Below are positions 10,408-20,367 of a stretch of 64,000 nucleotides of DNA, one piece after another. Below the pieces are notes generated by a model. The model saw nothing but the letters and a program-made list of their open reading frames with translations. It made no database searches and was not told where the DNA came from. The stretch is taken from assembly GCA_023415775.1 (NCBI GenBank), contig JAEZJM010000014.1, positions 29,784 through 93,783 of the forward strand, written 5' to 3'. The DNA is from Bacillota bacterium (GTDB taxonomy: Bacteria > Bacillota > Negativicutes > Sporomusales > UBA7701). The first letter of the stretch is position 1, and each line of letters starts with the position of its first letter. The position numbers were made by a program, and so were the translations under genes.

Positions 10408-11877
10408 TTATTGGGAGACGCTATCCACGCCGGCTATCCCGGCGATCTTCTTCGCCAATTCCTTTTTGCCCTCAAGATTGCCCTGGCGGGCGATCATGAT
10501 CCGCTGCGCCTGGGGCGAGCCGGCGCCGTGCATCGACTCGGTGCGGTAGCCGACCGCCGCCGTTCCCAGCGTCAGATTCTCCACCAGCCTGAGTATCCGC
10601 ATGCGGTGCTCGGTCGGCACGCCCGTCGTGCCGCCGAGGTACTTCTCAAGCTTCGGCCCAATCTCGGGATGGCGGAAATCCTGCTCCGACGGCATGGTCA
10701 CGAACAGGCCGCCGGCGATATCCTCGGCCAGGCGGGCGATCTCGTACGGGAAGCGGGTCACGTTCTGCTTGCAGACGTTGGCCAGCAGCATATCGATCAG
10801 GTACGTCCCCGAGGCCGTTCTCGCCCCGGCGGCCGAGCAGGCGATGCCGCAGGCGTACAGCGTCTCGTTGAGGTGGACCATCTCGATCAGCTTATCCTTG
10901 ACATGCGACGCCTTGGCGGCGCCGTTGTACTCGGCAGCCAGCGCGGCAGCGCCGATCAGCACGTCGCCCACGCCCACCTTGCAGCCGCCGTAGCTCTGGC
11001 GGTGGTACCCGGCGAACCGCTCCACCAGCGCACCGCTGAAGCGGTACTCGCCGCACATGAACACGTCCTTCCACGGCACGAACACATCCTCGAAAATCAC
11101 CAGCGACTCATGGCCGCCGAAGGTGCTATTTCCGGTATCGATCTCCCCGCCCTCCAGCTTGCGGGTATCGCACGACTGGCGGCCATAGATATACGTTATC
11201 CCGGCCGCGTCGGCGGGCGCGGCGAAGCACACGGCATAAGCCGCGTCCTCCTCGCCCATGCTGATCGTCGGCATCACCAGAATCCAGTGGGAGTTGAGCG
11301 CCCCCGTCTGGTGGCACTTCGCCCCGCGCACCACGATCCCGTCGGCCCGCTTCTCAACCACGCGGAGGAAAAGGTCGGGGTCGGCCTGCTTATGGGGCGG
11401 GAGGCTGCGGTCGCCCTTGGGGTCGGTCATCGCCCCGTCGACCGTCAGATCGCCGTCCTGCACCATGGTGACAAAATCGATGAACCGAGCGTGATAATCC
11501 GTCCCCAGTTCCCGGTCCATCTCGAACGTCACGCTCTCGACGGCGTTGATCGCATCCATGCCCACGCAGCGCTGGAAGCACGACGCCGTCTTCTGGCCCA
11601 GCAGCCGCTGCATCTTCACCTTCTTCACCAGGTCGTCGGCGCTCTGGTGCAGGTGGGCGAAACGGTTGATCTTACGGCCCGTCAGGCTGGACGTCGCCGT
11701 CATCAGCTCCTCGTGGGCCGGGTCGTGCGCCAGGGAATACGTCATCTTCACCGCATTCAGCGACGGGCGGATAATGGGGTGATCGACCGGACTGGCGACC
11801 TTCTCCCCCAGCAGATACAGGTTAAACTTCATCTTGCGCAGGCTTTCCTCATACTGCGCCGCCGTCATGAGCGCCAT
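10408..11877 (-). CDS. abfD: 4-hydroxybutyryl-CoA dehydratase/vinylacetyl-CoA isomerase (AbfD family)
   Basis: [4Fe-4S] ligand motifs CFQRC and HRQSYGGC, plus GAMTDPKGDRS and ESMHGAGSPQAQ. Confidence 0.88.
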   Translation of the reverse strand: MALMTAAQYEESLRKMKFNLYLLGEKVASPVDHPIIRPSLNAVKMTYSLAHDPAHEELMTATSSLTGRKINRFAHLHQSADDLVKKVKMQRLLGQKTASCFQRCVGMDAINAVESVTFEMDRELGTDYHARFIDFVTMVQDGDLTVDGAMTDPKGDRSLPPHKQADPDLFLRVVEKRADGIVVRGAKCHQTGALNSHWILVMPTISMGEEDAAYAVCFAAPADAAGITYIYGRQSCDTRKLEGGEIDTGNSTFGGHESLVIFEDVFVPWKDVFMCGEYRFSGALVERFAGYHRQSYGGCKVGVGDVLIGAAALAAEYNGAAKASHVKDKLIEMVHLNETLYACGIACSAAGARTASGTYLIDMLLANVCKQNVTRFPYEIARLAEDIAGGLFVTMPSEQDFRHPEIGPKLEKYLGGTTGVPTEHRMRILRLVENLTLGTAAVGYRTESMHGAGSPQAQRIMIARQGNLEGKKELAKKIAGIAGVDSVSQ

Positions 11878-11879
11878 TA

Positions 11880-12476
11880 TCAGCCCTCCTTGCCCATCAG
11901 GCTGCGACCGACCGCGAACGCGCGGCTGTCGTCGGCGTGAAACTTCTCGTCCACCATCGTCAGCAGCTTCTTCAGGATGACGTCGGGCTGCAGCACGTTG
12001 CTCACCGCCGTTAACGCCCCCAGCATCACCACATTCGTCAGCAGCACATTGCCGAGGTCTTTGGCTGCCCTGGTCGCGTTCAGGAAATGGCCGTCAAGCC
12101 CCTTCTCCTTGATAATCGCCACGATCTGCTCGGTGCTCGGGTATTCGTCCACCTTCATATTCGCGAGGATGGTCGGCACCGGCGCCGTGTTGATAATAAA
12201 CGTGCCCTTCTTGCTCAGCAGACCGATATAGCGCAGCGCCTCCAGCGGCTCGAAGCCGAGCAGCACATCCGCCTGGCCCGCCGGCACCAGCGGTGAAAAA
12301 ATCTCGCCGTCGGCGATCCGCACATGGGACAGCACCGAGCCGCCCCGCTGGGCCGCGCCCTTCGTCTCCGTATTAACCACATTATAACCGGCGTCCATCG
12401 CGCACTTGGCGACGACCTGGGAAGCGAGGATGTTCCCCTGTCCCCCGACGCCGGCGATCACTAAATCGAACTTCAT
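11880..12476 (-). CDS. iorB: Indolepyruvate-type 2-oxoacid:ferredoxin oxidoreductase beta subunit
   Basis: AGVGGQG, GAAQRGGSVLSHVR and NVVMLGAL motifs. Confidence 0.88.
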   Translation of the reverse strand: MKFDLVIAGVGGQGNILASQVVAKCAMDAGYNVVNTETKGAAQRGGSVLSHVRIADGEIFSPLVPAGQADVLLGFEPLEALRYIGLLSKKGTFIINTAPVPTILANMKVDEYPSTEQIVAIIKEKGLDGHFLNATRAAKDLGNVLLTNVVMLGALTAVSNVLQPDVILKKLLTMVDEKFHADDSRAFAVGRSLMGKEG

Positions 12477-14302
12477 TTTATGGCCCCCCTCTTGCATACC
12501 GATACGCACACCCCGCAGCCGTTGCAGCCGCTCGGCTCGATCGCCGCCTTATTATCGGCCAGGCTGATGGCCGGGCAGCCGAACGTCCGCACGCACAGGC
12601 CGCAGCCGTTGCATACCGCCACATCCACCGCCACCTGCCGCGGCGTATAGGAAATCTTGCCCTCGCGGCCGAACTTCAGGTAGCATAGCGCCTCGGCGAT
12701 AACCACCTTGACGCCCGACTCCGCCGTCGCCTCGCCGATCACCCGGGCCGTCTCCTCGACATTATAGGGATTGCAGCGGAACACCTTGGCCCCCATCGCC
12801 GCCGCCACCGCGCCAGGCTCGATCGGCGTCACCGGCTGGTTGAGATTGTTGGCGCTGCCGGGATGGGGCTGGAAGCCAGTCATCGCCGTCGTCGAATTGT
12901 AGGCGATCACCACCGTGATATCGCCGCCGTTATAAATGGCGCTCGCCAGTCCGGTGAGGCCGTTATGGAAAAAGGTCGAATCGCCGATAAGCGCGTACAC
13001 CGGCTTGTCGAAGCCGGCCTTCTTGATACCGTAGGCCATCGGTATCGACGACCCCATGCAGTAAATGGTCGCCTGCAGATTCATCGGCTCGAAGGTACCC
13101 GCGTCGTGGCAGCCGATATCGCCGGTAACCACCCCGCCGTTCTTGCGCACGACCTCCTTCAGGGCAACCAGCAACCCACGGTGGCTGCAGCCGGAACACT
13201 GCGTCCGCGTGCGCGCCGAAACATACTGGCCCGGCACCGGGGCGGGATACGGCTTGCCGGCCAGCGCGGCCTCCACCGCCGTCAGCACCAGGTTGGTCGA
13301 CAGCTCCCCTTCCTTAGGCAGATAACCGCTGCGGCCCAGCACCTCCAGCACGATTTTATACTCGAAACACAGTTGCTTGATGAGGTTTTCCACCACCGGT
13401 TCGACTTCCTCGAACACCACGACCTTCTTCAGGCCGCGCACGAAATCGAGCACCTTGCCCTCCGGCAGCGGCAGGGTCGACAGCTTGAGGATCGGCAACT
13501 TGGTCCCGTGGATCCTTTCCGCCTCCTTAAGGAAGGCGTAACCGATGCCGCAGCCGATGAAGCCGATTTCTCCCGGTGCCGTCTCGACCTGGTTAAACGG
13601 CGAAGCCTCCATCAGCGCCCTTAGCTCGTCCTGTTTGGCGTTCAGCCAGCGGTGCCGCATCTTCGGCCGCAGCTCGCCGCCCGATTCCTTCTCCACCACC
13701 GCCGACATGACAAACCGTTTGCGGTCGATCACAAACTCGGCCGGGCGGCTCTGGGGCGCTGCATCGCCGTACTCCACCATGCCGCCAGCGTGGTTGATGC
13801 GCATCACCGGGCGGAGGGCGAAAACCAGCTCCGTCTTCTCCGACAGCTCGAACGCCGCCTTGGTCATAGCATACGCCTCCTGCACGCTCGACGGATCGAA
13901 CATCGGCAGATGGGCATAGTTATGGACGAGTATCCGCGTATCCTCCTCACACTGCGACGACAGACCGCCCGGATCGTCGGCGGTGATCAGCACCATCCCG
14001 GCGCGGATACCGGTGAAATTCACGTGCATCAGAAAATCCGCCGCAGCGTTGGTGCCGTTGTGCTTCATAACCGCCATCGACCGCTGGTTGGTCAGCGACG
14101 CCGCGGTCGCCACCTCGAAGGCGTGCTTCTCGTTCGTCGACCACTCGGCGTACACTCCGGGATACCCGCCGCACAAATCGACGATCTCGGTGGCCGGCGT
14201 CCCCGGATAACCGGCGACGACTTTGACCCCCGACTCCGCCGCCGCTCTGGCGATGGCCTCATTGCCCAACATAAACTCTTTTTGCATCAACTTTCCTCCC
14301 AT
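12473..14302 (-). CDS. iorA: Indolepyruvate-type 2-oxoacid:ferredoxin oxidoreductase alpha subunit
   Basis: GNEAIAR, GYPGTP, NEK, CSGCSHR, GDIGC, TPP motif GDSTFFH and C-terminal 2x[4Fe-4S]. Confidence 0.9.
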   Translation of the reverse strand: MGGKLMQKEFMLGNEAIARAAAESGVKVVAGYPGTPATEIVDLCGGYPGVYAEWSTNEKHAFEVATAASLTNQRSMAVMKHNGTNAAADFLMHVNFTGIRAGMVLITADDPGGLSSQCEEDTRILVHNYAHLPMFDPSSVQEAYAMTKAAFELSEKTELVFALRPVMRINHAGGMVEYGDAAPQSRPAEFVIDRKRFVMSAVVEKESGGELRPKMRHRWLNAKQDELRALMEASPFNQVETAPGEIGFIGCGIGYAFLKEAERIHGTKLPILKLSTLPLPEGKVLDFVRGLKKVVVFEEVEPVVENLIKQLCFEYKIVLEVLGRSGYLPKEGELSTNLVLTAVEAALAGKPYPAPVPGQYVSARTRTQCSGCSHRGLLVALKEVVRKNGGVVTGDIGCHDAGTFEPMNLQATIYCMGSSIPMAYGIKKAGFDKPVYALIGDSTFFHNGLTGLASAIYNGGDITVVIAYNSTTAMTGFQPHPGSANNLNQPVTPIEPGAVAAAMGAKVFRCNPYNVEETARVIGEATAESGVKVVIAEALCYLKFGREGKISYTPRQVAVDVAVCNGCGLCVRTFGCPAISLADNKAAIEPSGCNGCGVCVSVCKRGAIK

Positions 14303-14395
14303 TTCAAGCTCAGAACAGCGTCCCGTCCGCCCGGCTGCAAAGCCGCGGCCCCGGCGGTTAGGAGTTCTCGCCCGACCGCGCGACTGTCCTTAAAT

Positions 14396-14541
14396 TTGTT
14401 CACATCCATGAACTTTGTTCATCATTATAAACACATGAACACCCATCTACCTTTTCCCGCTACCGTCGCGCAGCTTGCGCAGGGAAAACAACAGGGCTCT
14501 CACGTTGTTCAACTCAATGAACTTCGTTCATCAATATGAAC
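14396..14541. promoter_or_regulatory. Two 37-bp direct repeats, each holding tandem GTTCA-N6-TGAAC boxes; probable IclR operators
   Basis: 14396-14432 (ttgttcacatccatgaactttgttcatcattataaac) and 14505-14541 (ttgttcaactcaatgaacttcgttcatcaatatgaac). Confidence 0.7.
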
Positions 14542-14675
14542 AAAATAAAACTGTTCTTTATGGTGACAGTATTCTTGCCTTTGTAATGTTTTTCCTGCCT
14601 GCCAGTCAAGAAAATTATCTAATTTTCCGCGCCCTTCCCCGGGCGCCTGTCCATACCGGGGCGACCGGTGCGGCC

Positions 14676-15449
14676 TTAAAACTTCCCCAGCCGCATCGAG
14701 ACATGCCCGGCCGTCGCGCAGACCTTCTCGACCACCGCCGGCATCGTGCCGCCGTCCCACGCCCGGCTGGCCGCCATCGTCACGCTCAGCGCCGCCACCG
14801 TTTTGTTCGTCTTGTCGATGATCGGCGCAGCCACGCAAATGCCGCCGGGGATAATCTCCTGGTCGTCCACGGCGAAGCCCTGCGCAGCCACCTTGCCCAG
14901 CTCGGCGCCAAGGGCGGTGAAATCGGTGATCGTGTTATCGGTGTAGCGCTCCAGTTGCACACCGCCTACGCGGGCCTTCAGCTCCTCGGGGGGCAGCGTC
15001 GACAGCAGCACCTTGCCGATGGCGGTGGCGTGAGCCGGAATACGGTAGCCGATCGTAGCCACCACGCTCACGTCGCGCGACCCGTGGTGCTTCGCGATAT
15101 AAACGATGTGCCGCCCGTCGAGGATACCGGCATGGGTCGTCTCGCCGAACTCGTCGCTCAGCTTCTTGATGCCCAGGGCGATCTCGCGGGAAATGTTGGT
15201 GTTGTTGATGCAGACGGCGCTGATCCGGATAAGCTTCAGGCCGGGATAATACACCCGCGTATCGGGATCGTAGTCCAGGTAATCGCTGTTGACCAACTCG
15301 TGCAGCAGCAGCGACAGCGAGCTCTTCGGGATATCGAGATGATGCAGGATGGCGGTAAAATTCGGCGGCTTGGCGCTTTTGGCAATATAGCCGATAATGT
15401 CCAGGGTACGGGATGCCGATTTCACCAGCGGCGGTTGGCTGCCTGCCAC
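14676..15449 (-). CDS. IclR family transcriptional regulator
   Basis: N-terminal HTH (IPKSSLSLLL), plus HATAIGKVLL and GICVAAPI motifs. Confidence 0.92.
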   Translation of the reverse strand: MAGSQPPLVKSASRTLDIIGYIAKSAKPPNFTAILHHLDIPKSSLSLLLHELVNSDYLDYDPDTRVYYPGLKLIRISAVCINNTNISREIALGIKKLSDEFGETTHAGILDGRHIVYIAKHHGSRDVSVVATIGYRIPAHATAIGKVLLSTLPPEELKARVGGVQLERYTDNTITDFTALGAELGKVAAQGFAVDDQEIIPGGICVAAPIIDKTNKTVAALSVTMAASRAWDGGTMPAVVEKVCATAGHVSMRLGKF

Positions 15450-15653
15450 GGTAAAGCCTCCTTTACGGCCACACATTCCGGCGTCGGAAAATCTCTTCCG
15501 CCGTTATGTCCTGTATTCAATAAAAAAATCCCCATCCCTGCCTCCTGGCCGAAAATCGCCGCTCCGCCTATTTAGGCCGTTCGCGCTCCGCCGGAAAACA
15601 GACCGCAAACAAAAAAGGCCGGATATCCCGGCCTTGCAAATTGCATGGCAAAA

Positions 15654-15833
15654 TTATATTTTTGACTTCGCAAATCGCGCCTTATAAGCCGCCGTGTTAG
15701 CCTGCTGCTGTTTTAGCTTCGAAAGCTTCGCCCCGTCGACCGGTTGTAGTCTGTCGCCGAAATCCGTCAATAGCAGCGCTTCGATTTCTTCCGGAGCAAG
15801 TGTATATACTTTCATCAAATCTCTGCCTATCAT
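15654..15833 (-). CDS. Small basic hypothetical protein (paralogue of 16528-16689)
   Basis: RBS aggag before the ATG at 15833; sequence MKVYTLAPEEIEALL...; terminator hairpin near 15612-15634. Confidence 0.6.
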   Translation of the reverse strand: MIGRDLMKVYTLAPEEIEALLLTDFGDRLQPVDGAKLSKLKQQQANTAAYKARFAKSKI

Positions 15834-15931
15834 GACTCTAGCTCCTTCCCGGCCAGCGTTCATTTCCCCCCGCAGCAGAACCGTCCGCGACAACTGCATC
15901 ATCGGTATTGCCGGGAATATGTCCGCAGAAA

Positions 15932-16096
15932 TTAATAAACACCCCGGTATGTCCTCTTGGGATTTTTCGCCGGGTTGTCCCGGTTGAACTTTTCGATCAG
16001 TTCATCAAGTTTTTTGCTTTTTTCATCCGGGACGGCATCTCCGTCGCGATTCTCGGGCTGTTCCTCCGGTGTCCGGAGGTGCGTCATATCATCCAT
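15932..16096 (-). CDS. 54-aa hypothetical protein (below the ORF-track cutoff)
   Basis: GGGAGGGG RBS, then MDDMTHLRTPEEQPENRDGDAVPDEKSKKLDELIEKFNRDNPAKNPKRTYRGVY*. Confidence 0.55.
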   Translation of the reverse strand: MDDMTHLRTPEEQPENRDGDAVPDEKSKKLDELIEKFNRDNPAKNPKRTYRGVY

Positions 16097-16237
16097 TTAA
16101 CCCCTCCCAGGCATAGTAATTCACGGCGTTCCGGCAGCTATATTAGTATTCCCCGTTTTTTCCGCCGCTTCCCTGTTTTGTATTGCCGTTATTTCCACAA
16201 TCATCCCGGCGCCGGTTGCCACCGGGGCAAGCCATGC

Positions 16238-16444
16238 CTACTTGATGCCGGTCCTCGTCCGCCGATAAGCAAGTTTACCCTGGACGATCTCTTCCAGGGC
16301 GACAGTCACCGGCCTATTCGAACTGCTTGAGACCATCGCGGCCTCGCCGCCGATAATCTCGCGGGCCCGCTTTGCGGCGCACACCGCCAGGGTATACTTG
16401 CTGTCAGCCGTTTTCAGCAATTCGTCCAAGGGAGGATTTACCAC
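16238..16444 (-). CDS. rpoZ: RNA polymerase omega subunit-like protein
   Basis: PPLDELL...DSKYTLAVCAAKRAREI...RPVTVALEEI, the omega signature. Confidence 0.85.
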   Translation of the reverse strand: MVNPPLDELLKTADSKYTLAVCAAKRAREIIGGEAAMVSSSSNRPVTVALEEIVQGKLAYRRTRTGIK

Positions 16445-16527
16445 CGCGCATCTCCTTCCGACCTCTTCAGGCTTATTATTGCCGCCTTATCTGCCCCTAC
16501 CGCAGGCGGCCGCTGGCGCGAGCATTC

Positions 16528-16689
16528 CTACCTGACCTGCTTCAGCCAGTTCGCCTGTCGCTCGTTCTGTTTAGCCAGCTTAGCGTGGTTTACCGCCGTA
16601 AGCTTTTTCCCGTACTTGGCGGCCAGCATTTTCTCCACATCCTCGCGGGCCCACAGATACACCTTCATCTCGTTTCCTGACTCGCTCAC
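16528..16689 (-). CDS. Small basic hypothetical protein (paralogue of 15654-15833)
   Basis: GGAGG RBS plus GTG; sequence MKVYLWAREDVEKMLAAKYGKKLTAVNHAKLAKQNERQAN. Confidence 0.6.
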   Translation of the reverse strand: MSESGNEMKVYLWAREDVEKMLAAKYGKKLTAVNHAKLAKQNERQANWLKQVR

Positions 16690-17007
16690 AGGCGCCACCT
16701 CCGTCCCGCGGGCCGGCTCAGCCCTCATCCTCGCGGAAATTACCTAATTTTTTTTAGCGTTTTTCTATCTACATTTTACACTATTAAATAAAATTTCGCA
16801 ATGTTGTCCCATCAGTTAAATTACACTGGGCAATAACCTAATATTATTAAAAGGCCGCCCAGATTATACTTGACCCCCTGCTCTCGGCCAGCTTATACAG
16901 TTCCCTGTCTAACGCCAAAAAAACTTCCGGATATTACCCGGAAGTTCTTTCCCGCACATATTGCCGTGTGGTCGACTCCCGGAAACGGCGAAGCAACCAC
17001 CCGTCCC

Positions 17008-18159
17008 TTAACCACCCCCAGGCATGTTTCCGGCAGCAGCGCCGACAACGGCGCGTACTTCGTCATCGGTAAGTGACCGCCTGACTTTAAGCGCAGCTCT
17101 TTTTATTCCGGCAGCGGTTGAGGCCAGCAACGCCTCGTTCATCGGCAGACCCAGCTCCCGACTTTTATGCAGCAGTGCCGCCCGGCCGGAATGTTTGCCG
17201 ATGACAATCCGGCGTTCCAGGCCTATGTCGGCCGGATCGTACGGCTCATACAGCGCAGCGTTTTTGAGCACCCCGTCGGCGTGAATGCCGGATTCGTGGT
17301 GGAATATCGCCTGACCCACAACCGGTTTCCAGGCGGGAATTATCCGTCCCGAGGCGACCGCCACATATTGGCAAAGCGTCCGCACCCCCGCCAGATTATA
17401 ACCCGCGTCGGCACCGCTGTGGCGCAGGAACATCAGCACCTCCTCCAAAGCGGCGTTGCCGGCCCGCTCTCCCAAACCGTTGGCCGTCACGCTCAGAAAG
17501 CGGGCTCCGGCCCGATAAGCGGCGACCGTGTTGGCTGTAGCCATCCCGAAATCGTTATGGGCATGGACTTCGAGCTCCACCCCCGTCTCCCGTCGCAGAC
17601 GCTCGATTCGGGCGGCCATCGTCAAGGGGTCGAGGATGCCCACCGTGTCGCAGTACCTGACCCGCCGGGCGCCGGCTGCTGTAACCGCGCGGATGTACTC
17701 CAGCAGGAACTCCTCGTCGGCCCGCGAGGCGTCCTCCATGCCGACGGAGATATACAAGCCGTGCTTGCGGGCGTACGCCACCGCCGTAATGGTATTCACC
17801 AGCACCACCGCCTGCGACACCCTTAGCTTATCGCGGATATGCGGTTCGGACACCGGGCTTGATATCTCGACGGCGTCCACCCCGCAGGCGACGGCTGCCG
17901 CGATATCGTCGACAGTAGCCCGGCACCAGGCCATGATGCTTGCCTTCAGGCCGGCCGCAGCGATCATGCTGACCGCCTCGGCCTCCTCGCCGCCCATGGC
18001 CGGTGTGCCGGCCTCGATCTGGTCTACGCCGACGGCATCGAGCAGCCGGGCAATGGCCAGCTTTTCGGCTTTGCCGAATACGACCCCCGCCGTCTGCTCG
18101 CCGTCCCGCAGCGTTGTGTCAACAACATATACCGCCTTGCCCGGCGAAAACTTCTCCAT
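17008..18159 (-). CDS. nifV: Homocitrate synthase
   Basis: DTTLRDGEQ, HAHNDFGMA, GLGERAGNA, HESGIHADG and GKHSG motifs, in nif context. Confidence 0.9.
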   Translation of the reverse strand: MEKFSPGKAVYVVDTTLRDGEQTAGVVFGKAEKLAIARLLDAVGVDQIEAGTPAMGGEEAEAVSMIAAAGLKASIMAWCRATVDDIAAAVACGVDAVEISSPVSEPHIRDKLRVSQAVVLVNTITAVAYARKHGLYISVGMEDASRADEEFLLEYIRAVTAAGARRVRYCDTVGILDPLTMAARIERLRRETGVELEVHAHNDFGMATANTVAAYRAGARFLSVTANGLGERAGNAALEEVLMFLRHSGADAGYNLAGVRTLCQYVAVASGRIIPAWKPVVGQAIFHHESGIHADGVLKNAALYEPYDPADIGLERRIVIGKHSGRAALLHKSRELGLPMNEALLASTAAGIKRAALKVRRSLTDDEVRAVVGAAAGNMPGGG

Positions 18160-18799
18160 TGCCCCTCACCCCGGCCCCATCGTTCCAAATAACAATTCTC
18201 GTCTCTCGCTCGCCGACTTTTTCGCTCGTCCAGGTAAATACCCCGGTGCCAAGATCCATCTCCAGCCAGGGCGGCAGGTGCTCGCAGACGACCTCCAGGA
18301 GGGTGAAGCACCCCCGGCGGAGGAACGGCTGCAGAACATGCTTGGTAGTGGTGCCGGCGTTCCTGGCCTGGATCTCCTTCAGGGAGACAAAGTAATGTCC
18401 GGGGGCTTTCTCGGTCGGCCCCAGCGGCCCGGATGCGGCGGCCGGCGGCGCGGCTTTCGCCGCCCTGTCCCGCTCCTCCCCGGCCCATACCTCTTCGAGA
18501 TAGGCACTGGGCTCGCCGGCCTGCTCCCAGATATTGAAGCCGGCCTTCTCCAGCTCGTAATACGGCACGCCGGCGATCGAGCGGGCCACGAAGATGCGGC
18601 ACTCGCCGAGGAAAGCCACCAGCCCGCCAAGCTGCTGCCGGAGGCCCTTCAGTCCCCCCTCGGCGGTCAGTGCGAAATCCGTTTCCCGTTCCACCGTCCA
18701 GGTCTTCTGCCGACGCCGGTAAACACGCACCCGTCCCGGTTCGCCGAAAATTCCCGTCAGGCCGTCCCGGTCAATAAATACCGCTACCTCCCGCACCAT
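18119..18799 (-). CDS. AnfO-family nitrogenase accessory protein
   Basis: FLGECRIFVARSIAGVPYYELEKAGF, TTKHVLQPFL and CEHLPPW motifs. Confidence 0.75.
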   Translation of the reverse strand: MVREVAVFIDRDGLTGIFGEPGRVRVYRRRQKTWTVERETDFALTAEGGLKGLRQQLGGLVAFLGECRIFVARSIAGVPYYELEKAGFNIWEQAGEPSAYLEEVWAGEERDRAAKAAPPAAASGPLGPTEKAPGHYFVSLKEIQARNAGTTTKHVLQPFLRRGCFTLLEVVCEHLPPWLEMDLGTGVFTWTSEKVGERETRIVIWNDGAGVRGNGEVFAGQGGICC

Positions 18800-18820
18800 A
18801 ATTGTCCCTTCTTTCCGTAA

Positions 18821-19129
18821 TTAGATGGCCAGCCGCTCGACAACCCGGCCGCCTTCGATATGTTCGTCGAGGATCGCCGCCACATCGGCGGGGGTAACCG
18901 AGCCGTACCAGACGTTGCCGGGATGAACTACTACGATCGGCCCTTTCTCGCAGACGCCGAAGCAGCCGGTATTGGTGACGAAAACCTGGCCGCCCAGCTC
19001 CCGTTCCTCGATCTCTTCCAGCAACCTGGCCATGATATCCACGCCGCCCTTTGTGTGGCAGAAGCCCTTCTGGACGCCGCCGATACGCGAGCTGGTGCAG
19101 ACGAAAATATGGTAATCGGGTTTTTTCAT
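18821..19129 (-). CDS. Thioredoxin-like [2Fe-2S] ferredoxin
   Basis: HIFVC...GFC...TGCFGVCEKGPIVVV. Confidence 0.88.
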   Translation of the reverse strand: MKKPDYHIFVCTSSRIGGVQKGFCHTKGGVDIMARLLEEIEERELGGQVFVTNTGCFGVCEKGPIVVVHPGNVWYGSVTPADVAAILDEHIEGGRVVERLAI

Positions 19130-19143
19130 TACTTATCTCCCCC

Positions 19144-20367
19144 TTAGCTGCACTTTTCCTGCCGCAGCGCGGCCACCGCCTGCTCCAGGCCGTGCTCGAC
19201 GGTGAAACAGGCTTCGACGCTCATGATGCCGCGGCGACGTAGCCGCTCGGCCGCGTAGCGGCCGATGCGCATCGAGAGGACGGCGTCGCAGTCCGCCAGA
19301 ATGCCTATGACAGCTTCCTTGTTGTCGGCCTCGTCGCAGTCGGCCGGTCCGCCGCAATACCGGCCCACCCGCCGGCTACCCGCCAGTACGAAGCCTTGGT
19401 CGGTCGCCAGGTACACCAGAAATTCCTCGGCCTGCCCGAAGTGGAGGTCCACCAGGCGTCCATGTTTGGAGGCCACGGCGATTTTATAAGGCCGGGGCGC
19501 GGGAAGCGGGGCGGCTGCCGGTTGGCAAACCCGGTTGAACTCGGCCGAGCGGTCCTCGGCGAGCAGGCCGACGGCATCGGCCCGGCACTGACGGCAGTGG
19601 CGCATCTGGCGGATATCGAGCTGGCAGAGATCCCGCATCGCCGTCACTTCCTTCATGCTCGTCTGGGGCAGATACTCGAAGGCGCTGCCCGGAGCGGGAA
19701 TCATCGGCATAATGTTGGTTACGAAAACGCCGAGGTCTTTGACCGTCTTGACGACCGCCGGGATATGCCGGTCGTTGACACCGCCGATCATGACAATATT
19801 CACCTTGACCAGCACCCCGCCCGCCACCAGGGCGGCTATGCCGACGAGCTGCTTGGCCATCAGCAGCTCGGCGCCCGCCCGGCCGCTGTAGGTTTCCCCC
19901 TTGTAGGCGACCTGGCGGTAAATGGCGGCGCCGATATCGGGATCGACGCAGTTGACCGTCACCGTCACGTGGCGGACGCCGAGAGCGATGATTTCGCGGG
20001 CGTACTCGGGCAGCATCAGCCCGTTGGTCGACAGGCAGAAGATTATCTCAGGGTCTTTTGCCCGGACGCGCTCCAGCGTTTCGCGCGTCCGGGGCCAGTT
20101 GGCCAGGGCGTCGCCCGGCCCGGCGATGCCCACGACGCTCAGGTTGGCGATTTTCTCCTTCACCAGCGAGAATTTCGCGGCCGCCGCCGCCGGCGACAGC
20201 ACCTCGCTCGTCACTCCCGGCCGGCTTTCGTTGACACAATCGTACTTGCGGCTGCAGTAGTTGCAGCTGATATTGCAGGCCGGCGCCACCGGCAGGTGGA
20301 GGCGGGCGAACTTGTGCTGGGCGTCGGCCGAATAGCAGGGATGGCGCTCGGCGTCCATTTTTCTCAC
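19144..20367 (-). CDS. nifB: FeMo-cofactor biosynthesis radical SAM protein NifB with a C-terminal NifX-like domain
   Basis: HPC, CNISCNYC, AGPGDAL, HCRQCRADA and VDLHFG motifs. Confidence 0.93.
   Translation of the reverse strand: MRKMDAERHPCYSADAQHKFARLHLPVAPACNISCNYCSRKYDCVNESRPGVTSEVLSPAAAAAKFSLVKEKIANLSVVGIAGPGDALANWPRTRETLERVRAKDPEIIFCLSTNGLMLPEYAREIIALGVRHVTVTVNCVDPDIGAAIYRQVAYKGETYSGRAGAELLMAKQLVGIAALVAGGVLVKVNIVMIGGVNDRHIPAVVKTVKDLGVFVTNIMPMIPAPGSAFEYLPQTSMKEVTAMRDLCQLDIRQMRHCRQCRADAVGLLAEDRSAEFNRVCQPAAAPLPAPRPYKIAVASKHGRLVDLHFGQAEEFLVYLATDQGFVLAGSRRVGRYCGGPADCDEADNKEAVIGILADCDAVLSMRIGRYAAERLRRRGIMSVEACFTVEHGLEQAVAALRQEKCS

Noticed and set aside
10408..11877. 4-hydroxyphenylacetate 3-monooxygenase (HpaB) call
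   Set aside because: The Fe-S ligand motifs CFQRC and HRQSYGGC and the anaerobic context favour AbfD.
16920..17006. Hairpins after nifV as a ZMP/ZTP or other riboswitch
   Set aside because: Conserved aptamer residues were not found; best explained as the nif operon terminator region.
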